A stretch of 64,000 nucleotides of DNA, from NCBI GenBank assembly GCA_963823665.1, contig CAWGMQ010000004.1, forward strand, positions 1,152,001-1,216,000. Reading direction: 5' to 3'. The translations under genes and the position numbers were made by a program. The notes under the pieces were generated by a model. It saw nothing but the letters and a program-made list of their open reading frames with translations, had not been told where the DNA came from and made no database searches. Shown in pieces: positions 47,815 through 56,913 of this stretch (within the stretch, counting starts at the first letter, position 1; each line of letters opens with the position of its first letter). This DNA comes from an uncultured Planctomycetota bacterium (lineage in GTDB: Bacteria > Planctomycetota > Planctomycetia > Isosphaerales > Isosphaeraceae).

Positions 47815-48663
47815 TCACTCCGCGGAAGTAGCGGCGGGCCATTGCAATTTGAAGGGGATTTCTGTCATTCCGATTTCCGTGAATATTCGCAATGCGCACT
47901 CAAAAACCCTTGCTTGTTCACGGCAGGCGGGGCTGTCAGCCAGTTCGAAATAGGCTCCCGCGCGAGATATCTCTTGTGGCAGCAGTTCACTCCTTTGGGT
48001 ACACATGACAAATCGATCTCGCTTTCCAAGGTCTATCACGCTCGACTGGTCTCCTACAAATAACAGGCGATCGGGAAAAACGATGGCGAAGCGGGTGCGT
48101 CCGATATTAACCAAAGTGTTGCTCGAATTCTTGAGATCGTAATTCAAAAGAAGTTGATTAGGATTAGGCACTCCCCAACCTGGTACAAATGCATTCTTTA
48201 CAAGCTCTATTCCGTTTATGTAATGCTTTAGCACAGAAGGAAAGCCCAGTTGCCGCTCATCGGGATACCTCGCAAAGTGTCTCACACGAGCCTTCAACTC
48301 TTTCTTGAGTCGCGTGACACTTTTCTCGTAAATGATGTGAGGATAGTGCATCAGGTCGAATGGGATGTCGCTTACGTTCTGTGTCAATAGGATTGTCCGC
48401 TTACCCAGCGCGTGAGCGTAACCGGTTTCGTAAAAAACGTTCGCATTTCTTCCTGTCATGTCGGCAACGATGATGTCAGCTTTTGAGATTTGGTTGTAAA
48501 TACGCTCAAGCATACTCTCATGAAACATCTGTTCATCGACCCTCGCGCAATACGTCCCCGCTTCCTGGCACGCAGCTTTGATGCCGAGCTTGTAGACATC
48601 GTCGAACGCTGTATCAAACGGCATGAGCACAAACACGAATGGTTTTGGGGTCGTGCCTGACAT
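47815..48663 (-). CDS. Nucleoside 2-deoxyribosyltransferase-like / TIR-like domain protein with an unknown C-terminal domain
   Basis: FVLMPF, RVDE, ADIIVADMTGRNANVFYETGYAHALGK, IPFDL; visibly lower GC than the flanks. Confidence 0.82.
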   Translation of the reverse strand: MSGTTPKPFVFVLMPFDTAFDDVYKLGIKAACQEAGTYCARVDEQMFHESMLERIYNQISKADIIVADMTGRNANVFYETGYAHALGKRTILLTQNVSDIPFDLMHYPHIIYEKSVTRLKKELKARVRHFARYPDERQLGFPSVLKHYINGIELVKNAFVPGWGVPNPNQLLLNYDLKNSSNTLVNIGRTRFAIVFPDRLLFVGDQSSVIDLGKRDRFVMCTQRSELLPQEISRAGAYFELADSPACREQARVFECALRIFTEIGMTEIPFKLQWPAATSAE

Positions 48664-48712
48664 CTCGTAGCGCCTCCCCGCTAAGGCGCTCCCGTTGTCG
48701 GCGCCTTCAATA

Positions 48713-48776
48713 CGCCAACGAGCGCCTGAACCTGTCACGAGCGGCAAGGTTGACCGGGTCTCAGCGCTCCATGGTA
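48713..48776 (-). mobile_element. Degenerate integron attC-like site
   Basis: Minus strand TACCATG-GAGCG-CTGAGACC...GGTTCAG-GCGCTC-GTTGGCG: imperfect inverted repeat with 5-nt/6-nt spacers and an unpaired G. The R'' AAC has become ATG. Confidence 0.5.
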
Positions 48777-48940
48777 ACGAACGGGCTGTCGCGAATCATC
48801 ACGCTGGAAAGAGCCGTGTCAAATCGATCGAGGCTTGGTTCCGTGGACACCCTGTCGATGTTGTTCTGCCAGTCCCACGGATTCCCGGCCGCGAAACCGC
48901 CACCGGACCCGCCAGGAATCACGCGGGCCAAGGATCAGCC

Positions 48941-49120
48941 TCAACACTGGCTTTGCTGAGATGTCAGCTTCAACGCTTCGTTGGGCTGTTTGAGATACGG
49001 CTCGCGCATGAGCAGAAAAAGCGGCAAGCCAATGGACACACCAACTAACAGCGTTCCGACCACGGGCGCCCAAAGCTGCTTCATGTTCAGCCGACGGCCC
49101 TCAGCGAGAACGAAACCCAT
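48941..49120 (-). pseudogene. C-terminal half of a DUF2834-like membrane protein
   Basis: FVLAEGRRLNMKQLWAPVVGTLLVGVSIGLPLFLLMRE; too short to appear in the ORF track. Confidence 0.65.
48963..48986 (-). mobile_element. Left half of an attC-like site
   Basis: GCCCAAC-GAAGC-GTTGAAGC-TGAC (RYYYAAC, 5-nt spacer, L''-like box) at the 3' end of the DUF2834-like fragment. No complementary half found. Confidence 0.45.
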
Positions 49121-49757
49121 GGGCGGAGAGCGTGCCGCCGGCGGTCCACGGTTTTAGAGGACCGCCGCGGCTTGCGGCGTTCGGCATCGCGCCCGACATT
49201 CGTGCAACAGGCTAACCGCGCCAAAGCATCGCCCCAGCCGAGCAACATCCGCCGGACTCCCTTGGCTGGGATCGTGCCAGCATCGCGCAGCCGGATCGGG
49301 GGACAGGATCGGGGAACAGCACGAACGGGGCCGCGTCGCCCCAGGGATTGCTCCCTGGGGCTCCCACAGATCCTGCAGACGGTGTCTCGACCGCGCTGAT
49401 CTCCAGCGACGGAGGCGAAGCTCATTGACAGATACTCTGCCAGCATCAGGAGCCCAACCGCATCGACACGTCCGATGGTAGGAGCTTGACGGCGAATACC
49501 AGACATGTTGAACTTGTGTTTAACCTCCGCGTCGGACCAGCTCCATGGCTCCAGGGTCGGCCATTGCATCGCGAATTCTCTCGGCTTAACCACTTACGAC
49601 GATTCGTATCGCCGCTCGATTTTTCCTTTCAGCGATCAGAGTTCGAAAGGTAATCCTCCCCGCCGAGGAGTGCCGGATCCGCCCGGCGCGGCTTTCCTCG
49701 CGCGGGCCGAGAAGCCGCAACAACCCCGGTATCTGATCCCCGTGAGGAGGCATGGCG

Positions 49758-50411
49758 ATGACAGCGACGACGACTCAGCCCGGACTGTTCGACGACATGC
49801 GTGATCGCGCCAAGCAAGGGCCGGCGTGGTCTCGGTTCAACCAGATGTACGGCCCCGCTATCCATCGGCAACTGGCGCGCTGGGGCTTACAGGAGGCCGA
49901 CATTGAAGATGTCAGGCAGGAGGTCCTGCTGGCTGTCTTCAGCGTCATGCCCGGGTTCCGCTATGACCCGTCAGAGTCGTTCCGGGGCTACCTCTACCAG
50001 GTGGTGCGGTCGAAGTATCTGACCCACATCAGACGTCCAGCGAACCGGGCCAAGGCACGAGGGGGCACCTCGACGGCCCAGTTCCTCGCTGCGCAGCCCG
50101 ACACGCGCGGTTCATCGCGGGATGCCGAGGCGCGACTCCGCCAGGCCCTGCCCGAGCAGGAGGTCCCGCTCGACGAGGAGCTCTGGAAGCAGGATTGCAG
50201 CAAGGCGGTCCTGACCTGGGCTGTCAAGCGCGTCCGGGTCAGGAGCGAGATGCACGATCGCTCGTTCGAGATCTATGTCCGGACAACGATCAACGGCGAA
50301 GCGGTGGCGGAAGTCGCTGCGTCTCTCGGTGAGTCCCCCGGCGCGGTCCACGTGGCCAGGTCGCGGGTCAAGAAGCTGGTCAAGGCAGAGTTGGAGCATT
50401 TCGTCGACTGA
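49758..50411 (+). CDS. ECF-type sigma-70 factor
   Basis: AWSRFNQMYGPAI, DIEDVRQEV, FRYDPSESFRGYL, VAEVAASLGESPGAVHVARSRV; RBS GAGGAGG 7 nt before ATG 49758. Confidence 0.9.
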   Translation: MTATTTQPGLFDDMRDRAKQGPAWSRFNQMYGPAIHRQLARWGLQEADIEDVRQEVLLAVFSVMPGFRYDPSESFRGYLYQVVRSKYLTHIRRPANRAKARGGTSTAQFLAAQPDTRGSSRDAEARLRQALPEQEVPLDEELWKQDCSKAVLTWAVKRVRVRSEMHDRSFEIYVRTTINGEAVAEVAASLGESPGAVHVARSRVKKLVKAELEHFVD

Positions 50412-50526
50412 AAAAACCCGGGCGGGCGGGGCAGACTCACCGTATCCGCCTCTTCGCACGGACATCTCCCTGGTCGATTGGTCGGCAGCCGGTCATGCAA
50501 AGGGTTCAGGCCCTGGAGGTGCCACC

Positions 50527-52623
50527 GTGAGTTCGGGCAGTATCGACGTCAGCAATCCGGGCCGTCGACTCGTCGAGCAGCATGAAGGTCTGCCACTGAA
50601 CTTCCTGGACCACCCGAATGATCTCGAGCCAGGTCTCGAGGGGCGGATCGGTCGGCGCGGCGACGGTTACTACCTGGACGTGCATAAGAAGCTCACGCCG
50701 GGGGCAATGGCGGTCGTGTTCCTTGCGACTGAGAAGTCGCTTGTCCCGGGGACGCAGACTTGGGCCAGTCGTAAAGTCGTCGTCAAGGTGATCCGCGCCA
50801 ACCTCGCCTCCGACCCGCTCATTCTTCAGCGCTTCGTTCGCGAGCTCGAGGCGCTCCACGAGATCCCGTCACAGTTCATCGTCACCGCTCACCGTGTGAG
50901 TGAGTGGAAGAATCTTCCCTACTTTGTGATGGAGTATCTCGACGGCGGCGACCTGACAGCGTGGCGGCGGCAGTTCGACAAGTCTCCCCGCCACGCCGAG
51001 TTGGTCAGGGTCCTGATCGCTGTGACCAGCGGACTTCGCGACATGCATCTCAAGGGGCGGAAGCACCGCGACCTGAAGCCCGCCAACGTCCTGTGGAATC
51101 GCACCGAGGACTTGTTCAAGGTCGGCGATCTCGGGCTCGTGAAGCACGAGCGGCCCGGCCAGCCCCAGACGCACATCCCGGGTCGCCCCTTCGGCTCCGT
51201 GGGTTACATCCCGCCCGAACAGTTCGACGGCGAGGAGCCCGGCATCCGCGGCGACCTGTACTCGCTGGGGTGCCTCGCGTACTTCCTCGCCTCGGGCGAC
51301 GCGCCGTTCCAGGACGAGGTGGCCAACCGCCGCGCGAGACCCATGCCGCTCCGAGGACGGGAACCTCCTTTGCCAGAGCCCCTCGTCAAGCTCATTGAGA
51401 AGCTGATGGCGCGGAAACCGCGTATGCGCCCGGCCTCCGCGAGCGAGGTGCTCAAGGAGCTCGAAGAGCTTCAGATGCAGCCCGCAACGCCGGCTCCTCG
51501 CCCGCGTGCTCGATTCCTGCCCAGGGTCGCCGCGATCGCCGTCGCCGCGGGCCTGGTGGTCGTCGCGATGGCCTGGGCCCTTCGCGACAGGCTGCAGCAG
51601 CTCCTCGCAATGGACCCAAATACGAAGTCGAGAGTCTCGGAAGTGCCGGGACACCACGCGGCACCTCCGCCCGGGCCGGCCCAAAAGGACCTGGGCACCG
51701 TGACTGTTCAACGGCCGGTTCAAAGCGAGGCGAGCGTCCCGGTGCCACCGAAACGGGTCGAACCGCCCGATGACGGCAAGCTATTTGGTCCCCGGCCCGG
51801 CGACCCTTCCGAGCCGCCGACCGATCTCGCGAATGTCGAGGCAGCCACCGACGCGGCGAGTCCAGGTCGCCCGGTCCTTTCCCTGGTCGATCTCAACCCC
51901 GACCCGAAGTTCTTGATGGGCGACATCGGGGATATCCAGACATCGGGCGCAGGCGGGTCAATCCAGTATGCTGTCTCATTCGAGGGTCGGGCACCCCACT
52001 TCTGGGACAAGCAGTTCGTCGCGCCTGACGACCATCCTGGCACCCTCGCCATCCGTTCTGACAAGCACGCGGGGTTCGTCGGCGCCCTGTGGCTCGCAAA
52101 GGGATCCCGCACGCCGGGACAGAGATGGTGGGAACAGGAAGACGCCGGCCGCGACCTTCGCCGCATCCGCCCGACCCACGTGACCTGGGATGTCTCGGTC
52201 TCCGATGTCGAGCCGAAGGAGGCTTCCGTGCGTGTGGAGTTCTTCCTCGGCGTCGAGGACCGGTGGGTCTGGGTGCCCGAACAAGACAATCCCGACCGTG
52301 CCCGCAAGGTGGACATCAAACGCCCCGACTCGCTCGGCCGTCTCACCCTCGCCGTCGACAACCAAACATTCAAGGACGGCGAGAGCCGGACGCTCCGAGC
52401 CCAGTTCCCGACTCGAGAAGACGCCAAGCTTTCGAACGTCCGCGGGCTCTTCGGCTGGTCCATCACGGCCCCGACGTCCCCGGTCTCCGGCGCCGCGACG
52501 GCCCTGAGATTCACGATCTCCAACGTCCGTTATATCCGGGAGGACCCGACCCATGACTCATCCCGCGACCAGACCCAGCCCCGAACTGAACCCGCACCAT
52601 CGCCCGCGGCCGGCACGCCGTGA
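50527..52623 (+). CDS. Membrane Ser/Thr protein kinase with a C-terminal carbohydrate-binding-like domain
   Basis: [52 protein letters not shown]; Pro-rich linker; RBS GGAGG before GTG 50527. Confidence 0.85.
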   Translation: MSSGSIDVSNPGRRLVEQHEGLPLNFLDHPNDLEPGLEGRIGRRGDGYYLDVHKKLTPGAMAVVFLATEKSLVPGTQTWASRKVVVKVIRANLASDPLILQRFVRELEALHEIPSQFIVTAHRVSEWKNLPYFVMEYLDGGDLTAWRRQFDKSPRHAELVRVLIAVTSGLRDMHLKGRKHRDLKPANVLWNRTEDLFKVGDLGLVKHERPGQPQTHIPGRPFGSVGYIPPEQFDGEEPGIRGDLYSLGCLAYFLASGDAPFQDEVANRRARPMPLRGREPPLPEPLVKLIEKLMARKPRMRPASASEVLKELEELQMQPATPAPRPRARFLPRVAAIAVAAGLVVVAMAWALRDRLQQLLAMDPNTKSRVSEVPGHHAAPPPGPAQKDLGTVTVQRPVQSEASVPVPPKRVEPPDDGKLFGPRPGDPSEPPTDLANVEAATDAASPGRPVLSLVDLNPDPKFLMGDIGDIQTSGAGGSIQYAVSFEGRAPHFWDKQFVAPDDHPGTLAIRSDKHAGFVGALWLAKGSRTPGQRWWEQEDAGRDLRRIRPTHVTWDVSVSDVEPKEASVRVEFFLGVEDRWVWVPEQDNPDRARKVDIKRPDSLGRLTLAVDNQTFKDGESRTLRAQFPTREDAKLSNVRGLFGWSITAPTSPVSGAATALRFTISNVRYIREDPTHDSSRDQTQPRTEPAPSPAAGTP

Positions 52624-54832
52624 GACGGCCGCGCGGAGGCTCCGCACCTCCGCCCTGGCCCTGGCGTCGGCGATCGCCGCGGCCGCCCCGGCGCCAGCGC
52701 TCGCCGCCCAGGAACCAGCCCCCCCGCCGGTCCTCCGAGCCACGCCGGCGCGATGGGCCGAGACCCTCGACCGCCTGCGATGGGTCTGCTACACCTCGCC
52801 CGACGGCAACTTGGCGCAGCACGTCGAGCCCTCGCTCCACGCCATCAAGCAAGACCTCCGCCTGCTCCGCCGCGCCGGATTCGATGGAATCATCACATAT
52901 AAATCTTCAGGAGTGATGGGCCGCGATCTCGCCGAGGTCGCCCAGGCACTGGGGTACCGAGGCCTGCTCATGGGCATCTGGGATCCGCGCTCGACGGACG
53001 AGCGCGAGCAGGCGATGGCGTGCAAGGATCTACCGGTCGTATTCGGATACATCGTTGGCAATGAGGGGTACCGCAAGCGTTACTCGCTTGACGACCTCCG
53101 ATCGGCGATCGACACGATCCGGGCCGCGACCGGCAAGCCGACCACCACAAGCGAAGAGATCGATGACTATACCGACAAGGGTCTCCGGGACATCGGCGAC
53201 TTCGTCTGTGCGAACGTACACCCATTCTATCACAACAAGCCGGGCGTCGAGGATGCCGTCAATTTCACGGTCGGGGCCTACCGCGAGTTGAGCCAGCAGG
53301 CCAAGCGAACGGTCTTCTTCAAGGAGGTCGGATTGCCGACGGCGGGCGTGAGGGGCGTCAGCGAGCAGGCGCAGCTCCTGTATTACCAGTCGTTAGAGCG
53401 GAAACGCGCCGACGGCAAGGTGCAGTTCGCTTACTTCGAGGCGTTCGATCTGGCGAGCAAAGTGGACACGCCCGTCGAGCCCCACTGGGGGCTCTTCAAA
53501 GTGCGACTCGCGCAGGGAGGCGGGCTGGAGGCAGTGCCCAAGCCGCTGGGTCGCGAACTGCTGGATCACAACCGCGGCGTCCGCCTGCCGGATGATGCCG
53601 GCCAGATGCTGCCCACGTCAGCCCGGTCGATGATGTCCGTCGACAGCCTCTACGTCGCCTCCGGGATCACCGGAGACGTCGGCGACGTGAAGGTCGGCGC
53701 CGGCGGCGAGGGCGCCGTCGCGATCTCGTACCGGCCGCAGGGCCGCGGGCCGCACGAATGGGATTTTAAGTACGTGAGCAACGAGGAGATCGCCCGGCCG
53801 GCGCGACATGGCGGTGCAACCTGGCTTAGCCCCCCCGGACACTGGGGCGATTCTCCCTCCGGCGGCTACGACCTGCGGCCGCTCCAGCCGGTCGCCATCA
53901 CCTTCGAGGCGCGGAGCACGGGGCCCCCGGTGTGGGTGCACTTCTCCGCCGGTGGCGTGCGGTGGCGATGGCGGCTCGATCCCTGGCGCCACTGGGTACG
54001 CTCCGAAGTCCTCTACCCCGACACGCTCCCCCCCATCTACCTGGGCACCTATCCACTGTCGAACAACTGGCAAAAGGTCACCTGCCGGCTCCCGCTTCTC
54101 AGCCCCGACCAGCTCCGCCGGGTCGTCGGCGCATTCAGCACGGCGGTCGCCTGGGCCGAGAATGGCCTCGGGCCCGACCCGGCCACGCACCCCAGGGCCG
54201 CGGATTTCCAATTCGAGGTGCGCAAGATCCAGTACCTCTCCGCCGCGGCCGCGCCCGCCGACCTCCCGCTCCCCCGCCACGGGACGTTCGCCGTTTACAC
54301 CGACGCGGCCGCGCCCGACAATCATTTCGTGCCCTCCGGCCTCATGGGAGACATGGGCGACGTCGCGGTCAATACCGCCTGCCCGCTCCTGCCGCACTCG
54401 GGGAAGACGTGCATCAGCCTGACCTACGCCGCCAAGGGCCTCGAGCCACGGTCGCCCCACGACTACCCCGGCCCCTGCCGCTGGGCCGGCGTCTACTTCC
54501 AACACCCCGCGAATAACGCCGGGGCCGACGCCCACTGGGCCGGTGTCGGCTTCGACTTGAGCGCCTACAGCCGCGTCGAATTCTTCGCCCGCGCCGACCG
54601 CCCGTGCCTGGTCGAATTCCTGGTCGCCGGCCAGACCGGGCCCTACGGCGATTCACAGGCCTTCCCCCGCAAGAAGGCCTTCTCGCTCGGCACCGAGTAC
54701 GCCCCATACGTCATCGAGCTCGACGGCACCGACTTGAGCCACACCATCGGCGGTTTCGGCGCGGTGCTCACGATGGACAATAACAAGGAGGCTGTGACCA
54801 TTTATATGGATGATATTTCATATAAAAGGTGA
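52553..54832 (+). CDS. Secreted GH17-like beta-glucanase with two C-terminal carbohydrate-binding-like domains; start uncertain
   Basis: Ala-rich signal; VGNEG, ANVHPF, KEVGLPTAG, YFEAFD, EPHWGLF; two domains starting SGxxGDxGD with W-G...GxDL motifs. Confidence 0.82.
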   Translation: MTHPATRPSPELNPHHRPRPARRETAARRLRTSALALASAIAAAAPAPALAAQEPAPPPVLRATPARWAETLDRLRWVCYTSPDGNLAQHVEPSLHAIKQDLRLLRRAGFDGIITYKSSGVMGRDLAEVAQALGYRGLLMGIWDPRSTDEREQAMACKDLPVVFGYIVGNEGYRKRYSLDDLRSAIDTIRAATGKPTTTSEEIDDYTDKGLRDIGDFVCANVHPFYHNKPGVEDAVNFTVGAYRELSQQAKRTVFFKEVGLPTAGVRGVSEQAQLLYYQSLERKRADGKVQFAYFEAFDLASKVDTPVEPHWGLFKVRLAQGGGLEAVPKPLGRELLDHNRGVRLPDDAGQMLPTSARSMMSVDSLYVASGITGDVGDVKVGAGGEGAVAISYRPQGRGPHEWDFKYVSNEEIARPARHGGATWLSPPGHWGDSPSGGYDLRPLQPVAITFEARSTGPPVWVHFSAGGVRWRWRLDPWRHWVRSEVLYPDTLPPIYLGTYPLSNNWQKVTCRLPLLSPDQLRRVVGAFSTAVAWAENGLGPDPATHPRAADFQFEVRKIQYLSAAAAPADLPLPRHGTFAVYTDAAAPDNHFVPSGLMGDMGDVAVNTACPLLPHSGKTCISLTYAAKGLEPRSPHDYPGPCRWAGVYFQHPANNAGADAHWAGVGFDLSAYSRVEFFARADRPCLVEFLVAGQTGPYGDSQAFPRKKAFSLGTEYAPYVIELDGTDLSHTIGGFGAVLTMDNNKEAVTIYMDDISYKR

Positions 54833-54896
54833 TGTGTTGATCCGCCGATCGCCCGCCCGCGCACCGGATCATGCCGGGCGCGGCAGGGCGATCGCG

Positions 54897-55868
54897 TCAG
54901 GGGCGAAGGGGAGCCGCCGGCGACGTGCCCCGGCGAACGCCCCCATCCGGGATCCGGCGGACCCACGCCTCGGACACAGGCCGGACGGCCATCGCCAGGC
55001 AGACGCCGTCGCGGCCGATGGCCGGGTCGCGGCCCAGGTCGGCGGCCCCGATGACGTCCAGCCTGTGTCCGGCGCAGAACCAGGCGCTGTTCGCATCGAT
55101 GACCTCGGCGGCGAGTCCCCGGGCGAGCCGGGCTCGCTGGGCGATCCAGCCGATCCCGCGGAAGTAGTCGATCGCCGCGTTCGCCGCGCCCGCGGCCACT
55201 TGGACCATCAGGCACGCCGCGCCGCCGGCGCCCGGCGGCTTGGCCGCCAGCGCGGCCGGCCCCATCGCCCGCCGTAGGCCAGTAACCACCTCCTCCAGAT
55301 CGGCAGGGACATACCGGCCACCCGACCACTCCTGGAAGAGCCCGACGTAGCGCTCGATGGCCAGCGCCACAGCGAGCTCGTCGCAGCGCTGCAGGGCGTC
55401 GGCCGCCTCCCGCGCCAGAGCAGAGATCTCGTCCACAAATCGGCCGGCCTCCGGGTGGTCCAGCATCTCCGAGAGCTGCGTCGGCGCGTGATGCCGCGGA
55501 CCCGTCGGGTCGAAGGCCCACACGAACCGCCGAAACAGCCAGCGTCGATCACACGCCAGACGCCGGACACCGACGTGGCCAGACCGACCCGTTCGCACCA
55601 TCACTACGCCCCCGCAGACGAGCGCTGCAACGTCCTGCGTCCCCACCAACCGTCCCTTCGCCCGCGTTCGCTCTGTCCGGAGCGCGCGGATCAGCACCTC
55701 GCGGCGAGACGGAATCTCGCCCGTCTCGAGAAAGTAGCCACTCCCCGCGCGGAGTACGCCCTGGTTGGCCGACACCGAGATGCCGGCACCGCTCGGGGCA
55801 CGCCAGGCGAAGGTCTCCAAAGCTGAGGCCAGCTCGTCGATCACCGGCAGACTTCGGCTCATTTTCAT
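54897..55868 (-). CDS. GHMP kinase family protein, apparently circularly permuted (323 aa)
   Basis: RBS AAGGAG before ATG 55868; APSGAGISVSA (aa 24-34), GTQDVAALVCGG, AKPPGAGGAAC, then AGHRLDVIGAAD...GVCLAMAV (aa 266-295). Confidence 0.8.
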   Translation of the reverse strand: MKMSRSLPVIDELASALETFAWRAPSGAGISVSANQGVLRAGSGYFLETGEIPSRREVLIRALRTERTRAKGRLVGTQDVAALVCGGVVMVRTGRSGHVGVRRLACDRRWLFRRFVWAFDPTGPRHHAPTQLSEMLDHPEAGRFVDEISALAREAADALQRCDELAVALAIERYVGLFQEWSGGRYVPADLEEVVTGLRRAMGPAALAAKPPGAGGAACLMVQVAAGAANAAIDYFRGIGWIAQRARLARGLAAEVIDANSAWFCAGHRLDVIGAADLGRDPAIGRDGVCLAMAVRPVSEAWVRRIPDGGVRRGTSPAAPLRP

Positions 55869-56136
55869 TGCTCCTTCCTCCCCTGGAAAAGGACCCGGGC
55901 GCGAGCCCGCAGCGGCCGACCCGGCCAGGGGAGGTCCGGGCGGGTCTCGCGACCCGGCGCCGGGCCTGGAGACACTACCTGTTGAGGGCCGGCAATTTAC
56001 AGACATTCCGTCGGCGACTCGTAAAAAAGGTCTGTCGAACGCGTAGTTGTACGTTGGAGCACGCGGCGACGCCGCGCGGCCGGCCCGGACGGGACTGTCT
56101 CGCCCGGGGCCACGCATCCACACCGGAACGCTTGCG

Positions 56137-56847
56137 ATGAAGAACAATGACCGCTGGAACGACGTCGAGCGATTGCTGTCGGTTGTCGCCGACGTTGAAA
56201 TGAACCTGATCCTGTGGGGGCCCAGCGGCACGGGCAAGTCGCACATGGCCCGCCGCCACGGGCTTGCTCCCGGCCAGCACGTCTACACAATCACGCTCAC
56301 CGACGAGACCCCAGCAGCCGAGCTCCGCGGCCTCTTCCTGCCGGGAGACCACGGCTTTCGCTGGCAGCACGGTCCGGCCATCCGCGCCTGGCTCGACGGC
56401 GGCCGCCTCGTGCTCAATGAAGTGGACAAAGCATCAAGTGACGTCCTGTCCTTCCTGCTGGCGCTGATGGACCACTCCGCGGTGGCCGGAATGTCGCTGC
56501 CATCCGGCGAGGAGGTTGCCCCGGCGCCGGGTTTCCACGTGGTGGCAACCTCGAACGTTTCGCCCGACCAGCTTCCCGCGGCCCTTCGCGACCGGTTCGC
56601 GGCGTGCGTCCACGTAGACACGGTGCACGTCGAAGCCTTGCGGCAGCTCCCGCAGACGTTGCGCGAGGTCGCGGCGAACACCTCGGTCATCGAACAGGCT
56701 CAGCGCCGGGTGAGCGTGCGCTCATGGCACGCCTTCGCGGCCCTGATGGAGCACTGCGGCGACGAGGGTTTCGCCGCCCGCGCGGTGTTCGGTCCCAGGG
56801 CCGCCGACGTCCTTGCCGCGATGCGCATCGGTCGCGTCGGGCAGTAA
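56137..56847 (+). CDS. Minimal AAA+ ATPase (AAA_5, MoxR/CbbQ/CobS-like), 236 aa
   Basis: Walker A GPSGTGKS, variant Walker B LVLNE, sensor-1 VATSN, Arg finger ALRDRF, SVR motif. Confidence 0.88.
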   Translation: MKNNDRWNDVERLLSVVADVEMNLILWGPSGTGKSHMARRHGLAPGQHVYTITLTDETPAAELRGLFLPGDHGFRWQHGPAIRAWLDGGRLVLNEVDKASSDVLSFLLALMDHSAVAGMSLPSGEEVAPAPGFHVVATSNVSPDQLPAALRDRFAACVHVDTVHVEALRQLPQTLREVAANTSVIEQAQRRVSVRSWHAFAALMEHCGDEGFAARAVFGPRAADVLAAMRIGRVGQ

Positions 56848-56913
56848 TCCCCCAGGCGCCGGTCGCGCGGAGGCCGGCCCAAGTCGATTCTAACCGGTAC
56901 GAGGAACGCGACC

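Noticed and set aside
55869..56246. 126-aa N-terminal extension of the GHMP ORF that might supply a normal motif 1
   Set aside because: The extension is low-complexity, overlaps the AAA gene and has no motif 1; the RBS supports ATG 55868.
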